Source: Azolla caroliniana (lineage: Eukaryota; Plantae; Polypodiophyta). Taken from it: 64,000 bases of DNA. Below the pieces are notes generated by a model. It was given only the letters and a program-made list of their open reading frames with translations. It was not told the origin of the DNA and searched no databases. The stretch covers positions 12,834,001 to 12,898,000 of the forward strand of contig JBHGNT010000009.1 of assembly GCA_043228905.1 (NCBI GenBank), in the 5' to 3' direction. Shown here in pieces: positions 20,519-33,804 of the stretch (positions are counted from its first letter, which is position 1; the number at the start of each line of letters is the position of its first letter). Position numbers and translations under genes: made by a program.

Positions 20519-22293
20519 TTAAGAATCTGGGGCAAGCTCTAGAGCTGAAATTCCATAAGGACCAAGTTCGATCTCCAACCATTCACGTTCTCGTATCCAA
20601 TCGCTTCTTGCCTTGGATTTCCCTTCGGCAAAATCAGGTGATTGATTCGAACCCATAGTTATAGTATGCTCTCTTTTTGTCCTCCATTTCTTCTTCATTT
20701 TTGCTTGTATCACATTAGAACAGAGGCTTGAAACATTTATGCTATTTGAACTACTAATTGCACTACTATGTGCTCCTGAAGTTATATTAGAAGATTTTAT
20801 TAGCCTCTGTTCTCTTTTTATAGACTTTACTAACCGCTTATGCTCTTTCCGTATCTCCTTCTTATGTGCCTTTTCTGCATCCACATCTTTAAAGTTCACA
20901 TGAGATACATCCTCGTGTGGAACAGTTTCTTGTGTATGACTTTCCTCATATCTTACTTGCATTTTAGAAACGCCATAACTAATATCTTTACTGCTTGATT
21001 CTCCATAATGGACGTCGTCATGCTTGTTTCCTCTATGACATGATGTATTGAAAGAGTCAAATCTAACATTCTTGGTTTGTTGTTCCTCCCCCATTGTGCG
21101 TGGCTGGACATTATGAAGACTGTTTCTGGTGGCAATTGATTCAACTTCACTCTTTAAGAAAAAGTATACAGAGAACCGCTTCATACCCACTTTCTTGAAT
21201 CTAAGAGGTTGCAAATCTTCATCTGTTAAAAGATATCGCTGCTTTGCCTCCATCTTAGTCACCAAGGAATATTTCTGACATGCATGCTCACATCTGTGGC
21301 AGCACAAAATCTCATTGAGAATCTTCCGTCATGTCATCGTGATTGTGATCATGCTTATTGTTTGATTATAACCAAGCTGAATGAAATAGGAAAAAAAATG
21401 GATTCTATATATAATCAGACTTTGAACTCTTTCAGAGGCATACCTCTCACAAAGTGGAAAGCGAGAGCTAGATAAGGTGTGTACATATGAAGTATGCTCC
21501 TGACATTCAATGCATCTTCTGTTCTGTTTGCACAAGCAAATAAAGTAAGTTCTAAATAATAATCACTAAACTTCTTCTAAGTAATGGACTTACATCAATT
21601 TTGTGAAGCCCCAACCAATATAATCACTTATTTAAACGCCTTCCCATGTTTTATGTGATTTCTTGTTAACATACAGCATAATCATGCTACTGAAATGCAC
21701 CATGTCAAATTTGATGTCAAAAGAATCATGCATCATATCCTCAAACAAAAGATCCTTCACATGGAACTAGTTTATTTTTGGAAAGTTTTGTGCATTCTAG
21801 TGAATTCCAGAGGTATTTTGGTGTTTCACCCTCTCTCTGCTTGACCTCATCATATCTAGGGATTTCTCGCCCACGCCAGTGGAAATCTATGGGAGCGTGT
21901 ATATATCACTTATCCACAAAGTTACTGCTAACAAGAAACATCATGTGAAGGAATTTCATTTCATTCCCCTTCCATCTTCGTCTTCAGCTTTGATTTTCAT
22001 TTTGATTGTCTTGTTCATTTTCATCTTCACTTTCCACTTCCGAGAAAATTAAAAAAAACCTGTTTATAGCAGAACATTCGATGCCAAGAAGGCCACGGCG
22101 AAGGAGGAGACGTGAAAGGTTCTCGGAGACCCCATTCTAAGACGAAGATTGGGAACCAGAGGTTGTCTGAGGTAGAGACTATAGAGAGCCTCCTGTTGCA
22201 ACAGGAAAGCCTGGCCAGAGAGTCACGATCCAAGAGCGGAAGCACAGAATGGAGCAAAACAGAGTCGGGGATTGATTCCAAGGGTGCCTCCAT
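20519..22293 (-). CDS. F-box protein fused to an XPA-like Cys4 zinc finger/DNA-binding domain; 3 exons (22293-22060, 21523-21444, 21293-20519), about 362 aa
   Basis: Exon 1 is an F-box (LESIPDSVLLHSVLPLLDRDSLARLSCCNRRL...DNLW). Two GT-AG introns (536 and 150 nt) join in frame to give CIEC-x17-CERC-EHACQKYSLVTKMEAKQRYLLTDEDL. Confidence 0.85.
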
Positions 22294-22602
22294 CGCTGTG
22301 ACAAGCGATCCACGCACGCGCAAGATAAAAAAGAGCGTTAAACTCTCTCTCTCTCTCTCTCTCCTGATGTGAGAAAGAAAGAAAGAAAGAAAGAAAGATA
22401 TATTAACGTCTTCTAAGGCCAAAATTGGCCCATGAGACAAATGGTTTACAACAAAAATGGGATATTTACCCATTCATCGAAGTAAAAATAAAAATAAGAT
22501 GAAAAATAGAGTTTAAGCTAAATAGTTCTAAAAAATAACAAACATGTTTTATATAGAAACATGTTCTACTACAATGAAAATGGTGTTATACAATTGTTAT
22601 TT

Positions 22603-25600
22603 TCATTTCCATCCAAGTCTCTCGAAGAGAAGCGGAAGGTCAAAGGGTTGCGATGTGGATGTGGCCCGTGGTCCCCATGTAAGAGGTACCCCAACCATAG
22701 CTTCTAGTCGACGTAGCTCACGTTCCCTTATCTTCTTAATCTTGTCTACTCCGCGTTGACTTGTTTTGAAGCCCAACATTCGAGGGCGTTTCGTTATTCT
22801 TTGCATTTCTGCTTCCTCAAGGGAGAGGCCGAGCGGCGTAAGTGTATCCACATTCATCGTCTCCCCTTGTTCCTGAAAAATTACACTAGTTACATGGTGA
22901 TGAATACTAAGAGGGTTATCGTTAGCACTTTGTAATTTATTCTCCCTATGTTGTTTTAGGTCTAAGATATATCTACCTAGTCTCTTTACATTCGGGGTAT
23001 CTAATAGTTTGGAGAGGGTGGGAGAGGGTCCTAGTATGTCTTGGTATTCCGCTCGTATCTCGGCATAAGTTGGGCATTTGCATGTGAAGTGATACTCATC
23101 CGCTATCTCTATGTGGCATAACCTACATAACCTTTCCTCTCTAGGGACTCTATTAGCCCGACCATTCTCAATCTCAAGTTGGTGAGATGATATCCTAAGT
23201 TGTCCAATGGCCACCCTTAGTGCATTTGATAAGAATGTATCTAAATATCTTGGTCGTGTAATAAAGCCTAGCGTAGAGAAGCGCAAGAAGTGTTCCTTAT
23301 AGTACACCATTTTAGATGGGAGTGGTTCTCGTGGGGTGATCCATTTGTATCGAGTGTAAATTTGCCATATTTCTTGGCGTATCACTTTATTACGATCTTC
23401 GTGAGAGATTAAAGTTTGATCAGTCCCATGGTTGTACTTAAGGGGAGGTAGGTTATTAATGTCTATGCCGTTCGCACGGAGCCAACTCACCACGATGCTA
23501 TACCAAGAGCTAGTGTCGCCAGACACATATAAAGATCGAGACGCCTCAAAGGCTCGACGGGATATCCTATCTTGTGGTTGGCTATGTATCCGATGAATAA
23601 AAACTACCACTTGAAAGAGTGCTTCTACTAACATCGGGGGTAGACTGAACTCAGCTCTAATAATGTCATGTGGTACTGTCGATTTGCTTCGGAGTTGACG
23701 TGATAACATCGTCACTAAAGGTCTCTCTAATTGCGTCCACATGAAAGATGGTAAACCTGGAGCCCATACTACTGATGCATACATGAGGAACGGGGTCACT
23801 AATGAGTCAAAAAGCCATCCCTTAGTCCGTGGCTCTTGAAAGTATGCCTGATGGCATTGTCTCTCTAAGAGTGAGAGGGATGCATACCCTCTCGTTAGCC
23901 TATCTTTGACTGCCTGGGTCATCGAGAATTTACCTGAGCGAGCACTAAAGGTGACTCCCAAGTATACATACGATCCCACTACCTCAACTGGTTTATGAGA
24001 GAGGATTAGGTGACATTGACTCCTAACTCGGGACGATGTATGAAAGATAAGGACTTTAGTTTTCGCTAAATTCACTACCAGTCCTCGTTGTGTACAAAAG
24101 TCATCCAGGGCATTAAGATGCTTTTGTAGGTCGTGTTCCGACTCTGAGAGCAAGACAATGTCGTCTGCGTAGAGTAAGAGACTAACTGGCGTCTCCCCAA
24201 TAGCTACTCCCTTGCCTCCCTTACGAGCAATAAAATCAGTGATCTCATCAATGTAGATCCCAAAAAGAGTCGGTGATAGGGGGCAACCCTGTTTTACACC
24301 AATGGTGCTAGTGAAACAATCGGATAGGCCACCTGGGCATCTTACACACCCAGAGACTTGCTCATATAGGGCATAAATGGCCCAGATCATGTCATCTGGT
24401 ATCTCCAAGCTCTTAAGTCTATCAAACAACCTTTCCCTAGGAACCGTGTCAAAGGCCTTGCGAAAGTCCACAAAGCAACAATATAGTTTCTTCTTACGAG
24501 CCTTTGTCTGGTCAATTAAGCACCTGAGTGTGAAGATATGGTCAATAGTGGAGAAGGCTCGTCTAAAGCCAGCTTGCTCAGGTGCTCGAAGACTTAATGT
24601 TTCCATATAATCACTGAGCTCCGCTTCCATTACTGCACCATATAGTTTAGCGAGCGTATGACCTATCATAACGGTCCTATATGTATTTGGGTCCATTGAG
24701 TCCCCTCCTTTATGTATAGGGGCCACTGTGTTCATGGCCCATTGTGGTGGAAAACCCTCGGCGAGGGCGCGGTTGAAGATTAGAGTGAGAAGGGGGGCTA
24801 GGCACTCTCGAGCATATATGATGTGCTCGGCACACAATCCTGTGTGGTCCATGGATTTCCTATGTTGTAATTTTTTGATGACCTTCGTGACCCTAGAGGT
24901 CGTGAAAAGTGTCCCCATGGTAGGTCGAGGTGTGGAGGGCATTGGAATGGGTGGTTGGTTCGGGACATGGTAGAGTCTCTCAATATATGTGTGCCAAATA
25001 TTGGGATCCTCGATGGGTGTTTGTGGTCTCGGTTCCCGTAGCCTCTTCCATGCGAGGGCACAATCCCTACTCATGAGCATATGGTAGAGTTCCCAATATT
25101 GAGATGCTTCCCAAGCCCGTCTTTTACGACGTGTCATCTTGCGCATCTCTTTGCGAGCCTGTACTGAGGAAATAGTACCACTAAGCCGCGATACTTTAAG
25201 TTGTCTATACAACTCTCTACAATCCTCATCATACCACTTGTTCTATGGCATAGACCCAACTCTACTATGATTGGAGTCTTTCGTGTATGGGAAGCTACTA
25301 GTTGCTGCTGAGTGGAGGATGTGTGTGAGTTCTGTAGTGAGGTGCTCTAAAGGCAAGGAAGAATCAAAAGAGGAGAGATGCGCTTGAACATGTCGAGAAT
25401 AGATGTCAGCGAGCTCATGCGTGAAATGGATTATAGTGCGATGGGTTGGTTTACTAGAGTTGGTGGCGTGGGAGGCGTCACATTTTAGCTCAAAGTATAG
25501 GAAGCTATGGTCTGCGCCAATGGGGCATGGGGCCACCCGGAAGGAGCTAACCATGTGGGTAGCTTCAGGGCGTCCTATTAGGTAATCAACTGTGCTTTCC

Positions 25601-26346
25601 CCTCCTCCATGTGGGAAACATGTGAGCTCTTCCGAGCCCGGCCACTTGGCTAAGCCATTATATATGATCATCTGGTGTCGGCTTCCAAGTTCAAGCAGAT
25701 GATGGCCAAAGCTTGTGGCGTCCGCACCTTGATCTTTTGATGTACGTGTTATGCCTAAGGCTAAAGGGTCGACATTCACCATTTCTAGGTTTCTATCCAT
25801 CTGAAATATTGTGCATTGGCGGGATTGGGTTCTCGCATTGAAATCTCCTACAAGGAAGACTTCCCCTTGAGAAGAATATCGGATTATGTCATCCAATAAA
25901 GGTTCGTATGGAGAAGGCCCATGTGGCGTTCCTTCATCAACTATACTCGCCACTCCAGCCATATTATACCGAGATCCTTTCGGGGGGAAGTAACAAATGG
26001 CAATAAATATCACCTGATCTTTGCTAGTGAGTACTTTCACCCACATAAAACGGGCTTCTGGGTCTTTCTTTAGTATTTCTATCCTACTATGTATCTCTCT
26101 CCGAAATAATATCGCAACCCCTCCAGACCCTCTAGTAGTGTGTCGACGTGAGGTTTGTCTAAAGACAGATTCCCAACGAAAACCATCAACTCGTGGTAAT
26201 CCTCGATTTGGACTTTGATGTGTTTCTACCAAAAAAAGTATATCAGATACCCTCAAAATCTCCTCTAGACGGCCAGGGTGTGTCCAAAGTGCACCGTTAC
26301 AATTCCATAAACTCATCCTAAGTCTATTATTTGTCACATGGGCCAC
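22603..26346 (-). pseudogene. LINE ORF2p (AP endonuclease, RT, CCHC) with one in-frame TAG at 25243-25245
   Basis: WNCNG, LVETH, VGDFNA, TVDY and ADH endonuclease motifs; QAGFR, VDFRKAFD, GVKQGCPLSP and YADD RT motifs; CRLC..EYHFTCKC. ORFs 25243-26346 and 22603-25212 are in the same frame. Confidence 0.92.
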
Positions 26347-26352
26347 ACGCCG

Positions 26353-27144
26353 TCAATTGGCAGCGCGATCATTTATTATGACCCGTCCGTCTCGGTAGAA
26401 GGCACGATGCCCCTCTTTACGAGCTTGTATGACTCGCGGCATACAAGTTTTACGATGCTCAATTTGCATCTTGGTCAAGTCTTCATCGAGGTAGATGGGC
26501 TCCCCGCCCAATCCTCGAAGAATTGGTCTCTTTTTAAAAAAGGCGATTCTAGATTCCGAGTCCTTAAATTGAAGAACTAAAGCTCTTTTCCTAGTGGTGT
26601 CACGCCCTACCCTCCAAGTTTTAGTGATTGGTAGGGCTTCATATCCCAACATTTTACCCAAGGTTTGTGCATCTTCGTCGGGAGATGCCCCTTCCTTGAG
26701 CCCAGTAACTCGTACATTTAGGCGTCGAGCTTGACGCATTTTTTCCTCCTCGAGGGTAGTGTTTACAATATTTTCGTCCTTTAGTTCTTTTTTAATATTA
26801 TGTTTTACTACATCAACCCACCCAGTTTTTGCTAGTTCTATATCACTTTTAACCTCTTCTTTAACTTTTTTTATCTCGTCCTTAATATCCTCTAGAGAAG
26901 ATATTTCACCATCTTCCCTAGATGTTTCAAGGTCCTTAATTCGTTTTTGAAGGTTTACGTTATCTACCTTAAGTTTCGCTACTTCAGCAATAAGCAATTC
27001 TCTTTCTTCCTTATCTTTTTGTTTTTCAGCTTCAATTTCTTTCACCCATTTTTCCATTTTAACGAACCGGTTAAGGACATCTAAAAAATCTTCCTTACTT
27101 ATAATTTCTTCGTTTGTTTCCTTATGGTTTCGTCGAGAAGTCAT
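26353..27144 (-). CDS. LINE ORF1p (coiled coil plus RRM-like/CTD)
   Basis: Heptad-rich N-terminus, RRLNVRVTGLKE, WRVGR and IYLDEDLT motifs typical of L1-like ORF1. Confidence 0.85.
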   Translation of the reverse strand: MTSRRNHKETNEEIISKEDFLDVLNRFVKMEKWVKEIEAEKQKDKEERELLIAEVAKLKVDNVNLQKRIKDLETSREDGEISSLEDIKDEIKKVKEEVKSDIELAKTGWVDVVKHNIKKELKDENIVNTTLEEEKMRQARRLNVRVTGLKEGASPDEDAQTLGKMLGYEALPITKTWRVGRDTTRKRALVLQFKDSESRIAFFKKRPILRGLGGEPIYLDEDLTKMQIEHRKTCMPRVIQARKEGHRAFYRDGRVIINDRAAN

Positions 27145-28566
27145 CTTGTAATTCAAAAGATAAAGAAAGAAAAAGACAAAAGGACAGAAAAAACTTAGCC
27201 GAGCATCGACGTCTTTCGCGCTAGATATGAGTGTAGAAGCACATGTATGCTTGTTTCAGCCGGTGACGTCGTCCGGTAAGTGAAGTACCACGATGAAGGG
27301 CAACGGCTACACACGATAAAAGCGGCCAAGAATCGAGGACGGCGACAATCGGCAAACAACACGCCCAAGAACGACGGTAGACGAAAGAAGATGGCAACGG
27401 TGACGGCGACGGCGACAGTCGGCAGACGGCAGACGGCAGACGGCGGCAGCAGACGACGACGACCGTTGACAAACGACGGAGACGGCGGCGACAGTCGGCA
27501 GACGACGGCGACGACGATAGCAGGCGACGGCGGCGTCAGCAGCAGCAGCGACAACAAGCGGCGTCGTCGGCAGCAGGAGACGGCGGCGACAGCAGGCGAC
27601 GCGGCTGCAGACGACGGCGGCAGCAGATGACGGCCACGTAACGGTCCGAGACAACAGGCGACAAGTTAAGGCGACAATGTATGTACATACATACATATGC
27701 CCCAACAAAAGTTCAAGAGTCCGAGATATGTATATGTATATATAATCTGCGCTCGCTCTGCTTTGCTCTACCTTTGATCACCTTCAACACTATTATGCTT
27801 TCCACACATCTTCGGTCAAACACAATCCTTGTACGAATTTCTCTTACAATCACAATGTGCACTCTTGATTGCAACATTTATTGGTAAATTTCTTGATCAT
27901 CGAGAGTTGCTACTCTCACTTTCACATGTATTACGTGAAATGTAATATTTTTGGACTCATGGGTCATATTTAATCTCCAAAGACAATAATAAATTCTATC
28001 TATCCCTATTTTCTTAAGATACCAAATTACCACCTAAGTTTCCATGAATGTAGGCGTGTGTGCGCGTGCATTGCCTTGCCATCATCTTAACAAACGAGAT
28101 GTTGCACTTTGATGGTTCTCTGAGAACGAAGGGGGTGAATGTTCTTGTAAAGAGTTAGAAACGAGTTACAACTCAATTCAATTGGGTGTTTCTGCCCTTT
28201 GGATGGATGAACAATCACATGTGGCCGCCAAAATACCAAGTGAAATAGCGAAGAGTCTTGAATCTACCTACTCTGACACAAAATTGCTAAGGTTGCTCTA
28301 CCACTCCATGTTCACGAACTAATGCATAGTCTCTCACTTTCCTTTCTCAAGGCCATTCAATAGCATATAAATGACTACTCCCTTGATTAATTTTGATCAC
28401 TCAATTGTTGACCGGTCGTCAAATTCAAAGAGATGGCATATGGATATATATACACCTTGATTTTTCCATTGATTATATTCTAGTATATGGGTAGGTTGTT
28501 CTATGCTTACCTTGTTCACAAACACAAATTATAGAATGTAAAGCATTTTGTTGTAGACCTAAAACA

Positions 28567-29231
28567 TGTCGGGAACTCAACGCTCCTTATACCCAACGCT
28601 CGGCCACAACCGAGCCTCTTCAATACACAGGAAACAGGAAACGAAAACACGCGACACAAAGGAGAGAGAAAAAAAAGGGTACACAGAATGTTTACGTGGA
28701 AAACCCAAAGAGGGAAAAACCACGACAGCCCACAGGCTGCAAACTATCACTAAGTTGGAATGTACAAAAACAGTGAGTTCACAAAAGCAACGACCTTGTG
28801 CTCACGATCTTCGCCACAAGCAGCGGTTACAACAGAGGCAACGACCTCTTTCTCTCTCTCTCTCACTCTGTACACTATTACGTGCTCTCTCTTCTTCTTG
28901 CACCAACAAGAAAAGTAACAACCACACAATTAGTTTTGCCCTAAGTCATATTTATACTAATATGACTTTTCGGCTATTTACAAATATAGCCACAATGGGC
29001 TCTCAGAAACATATTTACGAATATGTCTCTTCCTCCGGTTCATACCGGGTCTGCACCATCCGGCTCTCCGTAGCCAGGTACTCCTCATCCGGTTCATACC
29101 GGGCCTGTATCATCCGGCTCTCCGTAGCCGGGTACTCCTCATCGGGTTCATACCGGGCCTGTATCATCCAGCTCTCCGTAGCCGGGTGCTCCTCGTACCG
29201 TTTCCCATCCGGAGGGACCTGTCTCCCAACA
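28567..29231 (-). repeat. Solo LTR, TSD AAACA, with three 54-bp internal tandem repeats
   Basis: TG..CA ends, AAACA at 28562-28566 and 29232-29236. Same family as 37039-37714 and 57583-58247, and related to the copia-C LTR. Confidence 0.92.
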
Positions 29232-32200
29232 AAACATGGGGATCTCGAAACAAGCTCAAAACATGGTTGGGACAAGAGAGATCAAGCCAAAACAATATTT
29301 CATTATCATTAAATAATTGTATACGTGATTACGAGAAGGGTTTATTACAAGCTCCTTAGAGCAAAGATAATTAGAGAATGAGAGAGAGTGAAATCCAAAA
29401 CTGAGAATCAAGGAACTCGTCAATGAAAATAAGGAGAACCTCCTCCGTATATACGACAAGGGGTGCCTAGTCGTTATGCCAAGAGCTATCTATTGCGTTC
29501 CCCTAACGTTCGGCCAAGCGATGGCTATTGGGCTCCCCTGTGTGTGGTCCTTGGGACTGGGATGTTGGGGTTGTCCCAACTGTATTAGGGAGTGCTCACT
29601 ATTTTGGGATTGTTTGGGATTGTCCCAACCCAAACCTTTCTTTAGTTTGTCCCAACTCTGTTTTGGACTTCTTGCTAGTTGGGACTACATGGGTGCACCT
29701 CCAACCTAAGGTGGCGCCTTCTTTGGGATTGGGACCGGGCCCCTTGGTGAGTCCCAATTCAGTTTGGGGCCATGTTCTGATTTTGAGAAATGTCATTTCA
29801 AAGTCATTGAACCTAAACCCAACCCATAATTTCTGTTTAAAGATACTCCATTCAATTTATATCAATTTACAAACGACTTTCAAAATTTATGCTTCTCTTC
29901 TAGAAGGCACTTTACAATACATAGTATGTAGATTATTCAAATGCTAGCTCTTTTTAGGTTTCTCTCTAAAAAGGGCACAATGAAAAAAGGGAACCAACTT
30001 GGAATTTCATGCTAGTTAAACATTTCGAAATGCCACAATCCTAGATTGTAGTATGGAAGGAGCCTAGTATGAGGGTGCTTATATCTATCTATGTGTGCAA
30101 AAATGAGTAGGGACACAAAGTTGAACATGAACATGGTTTAACGAACTTGGAGTTTATTATATTGTCTACATAAGAATCTTTCTCTGTGGTGTCCCTAGGT
30201 TGTCCCAACTAGGACACAGTCCCAATCTGAATTGAGATTCACCAAGGGGGCCAATCCCAGTCCAAAAGAAGGTGTCACCTTGGGTTGGGACAACCCAATC
30301 CCAACAGGTAGTTCCAAGGGGGACCACCCAACGGCTGGTCCCAACATCTAGCCACCCCAATAGCTAGTCCCAACGGCCATATTTGGCTTATATAAGTGTT
30401 AGGGTGTCATGCAAGATTCCGGTCACTAGCGAAAAAGCCCATAGGATGCGTGTGAACAAGGGTTGCATGTGTGCACATGAACAGGGTCTTATATACAAAC
30501 AAATGTAAATATCAAAATATTAATAAGTACAAGACAACATAGTTAATAGGTACTTACGGGCCCGCAGAAAGAGGGAGGAATGGTAGGATGTGATGGCAAA
30601 AAATCATGGGAGAATCTCTGACAGGAACGACGGTCATACCTACTAGTGTAACTAACTCTCCTTGAGCTATAAAAGGAGAGGAAAGAAATTGGTTTGGTGA
30701 GGTCGTTGGGAGAGGAGAAAGTTGTTGTCGGATCGTGCGCCAAAGTGTTATAGGAGTTTCTGTTCTATTGATTCGGTTAGGTGGTATGAGGCCTTTGGTC
30801 ACGTAGGTAGCTCGTGTGCTCCTGACTAGAGGCTCACTAGTCTGTGTGTGTCCATTGAGCTTGACGCTTTGCTAACCGGCTCTCTTTGTCTTCAATTGAT
30901 TATTTGGTATTGTTGTATTCGGGTGCTCTTTTTGTGGTCCCTGCTTTGGTCTCTCTATGGTATGTGAGCATTTGTATCTCGTATGTGGTGTTCGAGGAGG
31001 TGTTGTTGTTCCCTCCTCTGTTTTGTGCCTACCCAATTGTGTATGTGAGCCCATGTGCTCAACTTCCGGAACCCGGTGACAAAGCCGGATCAGATATGGT
31101 TCTACAAGCCTGTGTAGTTAGTATCCAACCTTTGGTAGCCAAGCCGGATAGGCCACTGCAAGCTTAGTAGTAGCTCCTCCTTAGGCTCCGTGGTCCGAGA
31201 CCCCGGTGATCCCGCCCGAGCCGACCTGCAAGCTGCCGAAAACCGCAACATCTTTGGTGAACCCAACATGAAGGGGTGGCCGGGGAGCTGCAATGTGGGA
31301 AGGCGAGCTAGCAAAGACCATGGCGGCACCCATTGACCGCCTTGTGAATGCTTAGGAGAGCTCAACTGGCCTCGACAAGGCCATCGAAACTATCGTCGGC
31401 ATGACAGGCCAATTCAGTGGACGGGATGTCACGAGTTACTTGGAGGCCTTCGTGGCCGAAATGCTGATGAGGAACATTCCGGGCGACAGTCGATTGTTCG
31501 GATTTGTCTGAGTCGTCACACAAAGCATCCACGTTGAGATGCTCGAGATTTAGGTTGACTGTCGTAATTGGTCGGAGTTTGAGGATCGACTCCTCAAAAG
31601 GAAGTCGACGACAATCGATTGTTCGGATTTGTCTGAGTCGTCACACAGAGCATCCACATTGAGGTGCTCGAGATTTAGGTTAACTATCGTAATTGGTCGG
31701 AGTTCGAGGATCGACTCCTCAAAAGGTATGACTTCGACGACTTGCTTCGGTTGTCGAAGAAGGAGCTCATGGAGTGGGTCAAGCTTCCGGGAAAAGGACA
31801 GAATATGACGACGCTTCTCCATGAATTCGAGAAGCGATGTAAAGAATCAAGAGATGGATTCTTGTGAAGCGGAAGAGATATGAGTTATGTGTGTATATGT
31901 GTATATGTGTGAGAGAGAGAGTGTGAGAGAGACAAGGAGTAAAACACAAAGAATACGCAAGGTTAAGTATATTAACAAAGGAGAAAGACTCAACACTATA
32001 CAAGGTGGGAAGAGGGTGCTTTATGTAGTCATCCTCTCTCTTCATTAAGTACAAGGCTCATGGAGCATGGGGAATGTGAAAGCTCATAAGTTATGTGTCA
32101 TAGAATATGATTCTATGACTCATACTAAATGCTAGAATACAAAGAGGTGACTTAATGATAACTCTTGACTGTTGGAGTGTCTATTCACTCTTAAGGTGAG

Positions 32201-32659
32201 TTCACACACTAGACCAAGTTGAGCTTGATTCTGAACACGCCCCCTCAAGCTCAAGTCGGGTCTGTTTCAGACGGTATCCAAAATCCGCTTCGGCTCACGT
32301 TCCGGAGTCCGCGTCGACTCGTGTCAACTTGCTTTATGCGGAGTTGCGGAATCCATGCTCCAGCTTGCGTTGTGCGTAGTTGCGAAGTCTGTGCTTCGGC
32401 TTGCGTCTTTCTTCGCGGCTTCGTTGCGTGGTTGCGTAATCCACGCGTTATTGCGTAATGTGCGCAGTTTGCGGAATCCACACGTTATTGCGTAATGTCT
32501 TCAGTACTCCTCCTCAAGCTTGGTAGGTCAGGGATCGTCAACCCGAGATCGGTCATGAATTGCCATAGCTTGTCGGCTCCTAAGGCTTTAGTGAAGATGT
32601 CGTCCGTTTGAAGATTGGTGCTAATGTGTTGTAGGTCGACATCGCCAGCCAGAACGCGT

Positions 32660-33804
32660 TGTCGTGAAAATTCGTCACTATGTGCAGATCGTGAGACGGA
32701 ACCGTCGGGGTTCTGGACTAGAAGGATTTAGTGCAACACGTACAACACAAGAAAGTTTTAAGCATAAGACAAGTGGGAGAGACAAATCATTCATTTATTG
32801 CAAAAGAAAATCGATTCTTTATAATTTCAAAATCGTGTTACAATGGGTCGGGTATGGAAATGAGAGATTAATTTTTCAAAGAAAGGAGCCAACAACCATG
32901 CAAGGAGTGCTCCGATATGAATACGAGAGATAATTTTTGACAAGAAAGATTGAGTCCCCAAAACTAGGAGTTTGATATCAATATGTGAGATCATTTGTTT
33001 CTCGAAAACCCAACGGGAAGAAGAAGGAAGAGGGGGGAAAAAAAAGTAGGAGGGAAAAAATGGGACATATATCAAGCTCCTCGTTGATCCTCCTCCCCAA
33101 TGTTACTTTGCATGCCCACTTTTAGTTGGATGGCCTCTATTTTTAGTTGCAAGCTTCCATTTTTGGATGCATGCCTTTTACTTTTAGTTGCATGGCCTTG
33201 GCTTTTGGTTGCATGCGATTGTCCGTATAATTCGGCCAAATGACACAATCATCCATAAAGTTTAGCCCGTTCGCAATCCATACGTGCGTCGCAACCAAAC
33301 CGTAGAAGCGTCCGCGCGCAAAAGTCTCGATCGCGTAGTAGTGTACGCATCCACGCATGTGCGCGTCCCAACCGCGCCGTTAGTGTACACATCCACGCGT
33401 GCGCACGTCCAACCCGCACCATGTACGCATCCGCGCGCACGCACGCATGCATGCGCACGCTCACTCACACATACGCCCAAAACTTGCATACACGCGTCCA
33501 ATTGAAGTCACCTTGAACATTCTATGCTCCACACATTGATAGAATGAATATGTTTTGGTTTCCCTTATATATTCTGGGTTCCAATGTTGTTCTATCTATG
33601 TGGGATATCTCACAGTTTTGTCTTTTCTTTTCTTTTCTTCAAACTTTACACTCACATAACTTGATACTTGTTTATCCGTTTTATGCGTAGTAAAATACGC
33701 TATGAAGCTCTTGAACACATTTATCTTTGCATATCCATATATTAAGCTAATCGTAAATAATTATTTTACTAGTTTTCATATCGTGTGTGAAAAACCACAC
33801 GACA
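32660..33804. repeat. Solo LTR (TGTCG..CGACA) inserted in the copia-B RNase H
   Basis: Interrupts HFI.ER/VLAG. Flanks are GCGT and GCGC (4-bp TSD, one mismatch). Confidence 0.8.

Larger units (their letters stand above)
22373..27670 (-). mobile_element. Near full-length LINE (ORF1 plus APE-RT-CCHC ORF2), RTE-X-like, probable (CTTT)n tail
   Basis: ORF1 and ORF2 in tandem, CpG-rich trinucleotide 5' UTR (27160-27670), (GAAA)6 on the plus strand at 22373-22396. No TSD found, so both ends are approximate. Confidence 0.85.

Noticed and set aside
27195-27708. Several overlapping Arg/Ala/Val-rich ORFs
   Set aside because: They are artefacts of the trinucleotide-rich LINE 5' UTR.
29030-29200. CRISPR-like array (also 37500-37650 and 57620-57780)
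   Set aside because: These are contiguous 54-bp tandem repeats without unique spacers, inside eukaryotic LTRs.
31490-31739. 125-bp tandem duplication in the Trp-element gag as a functional repeat
   Set aside because: It shifts the frame in an already degenerate gag and is best explained as post-insertion decay.
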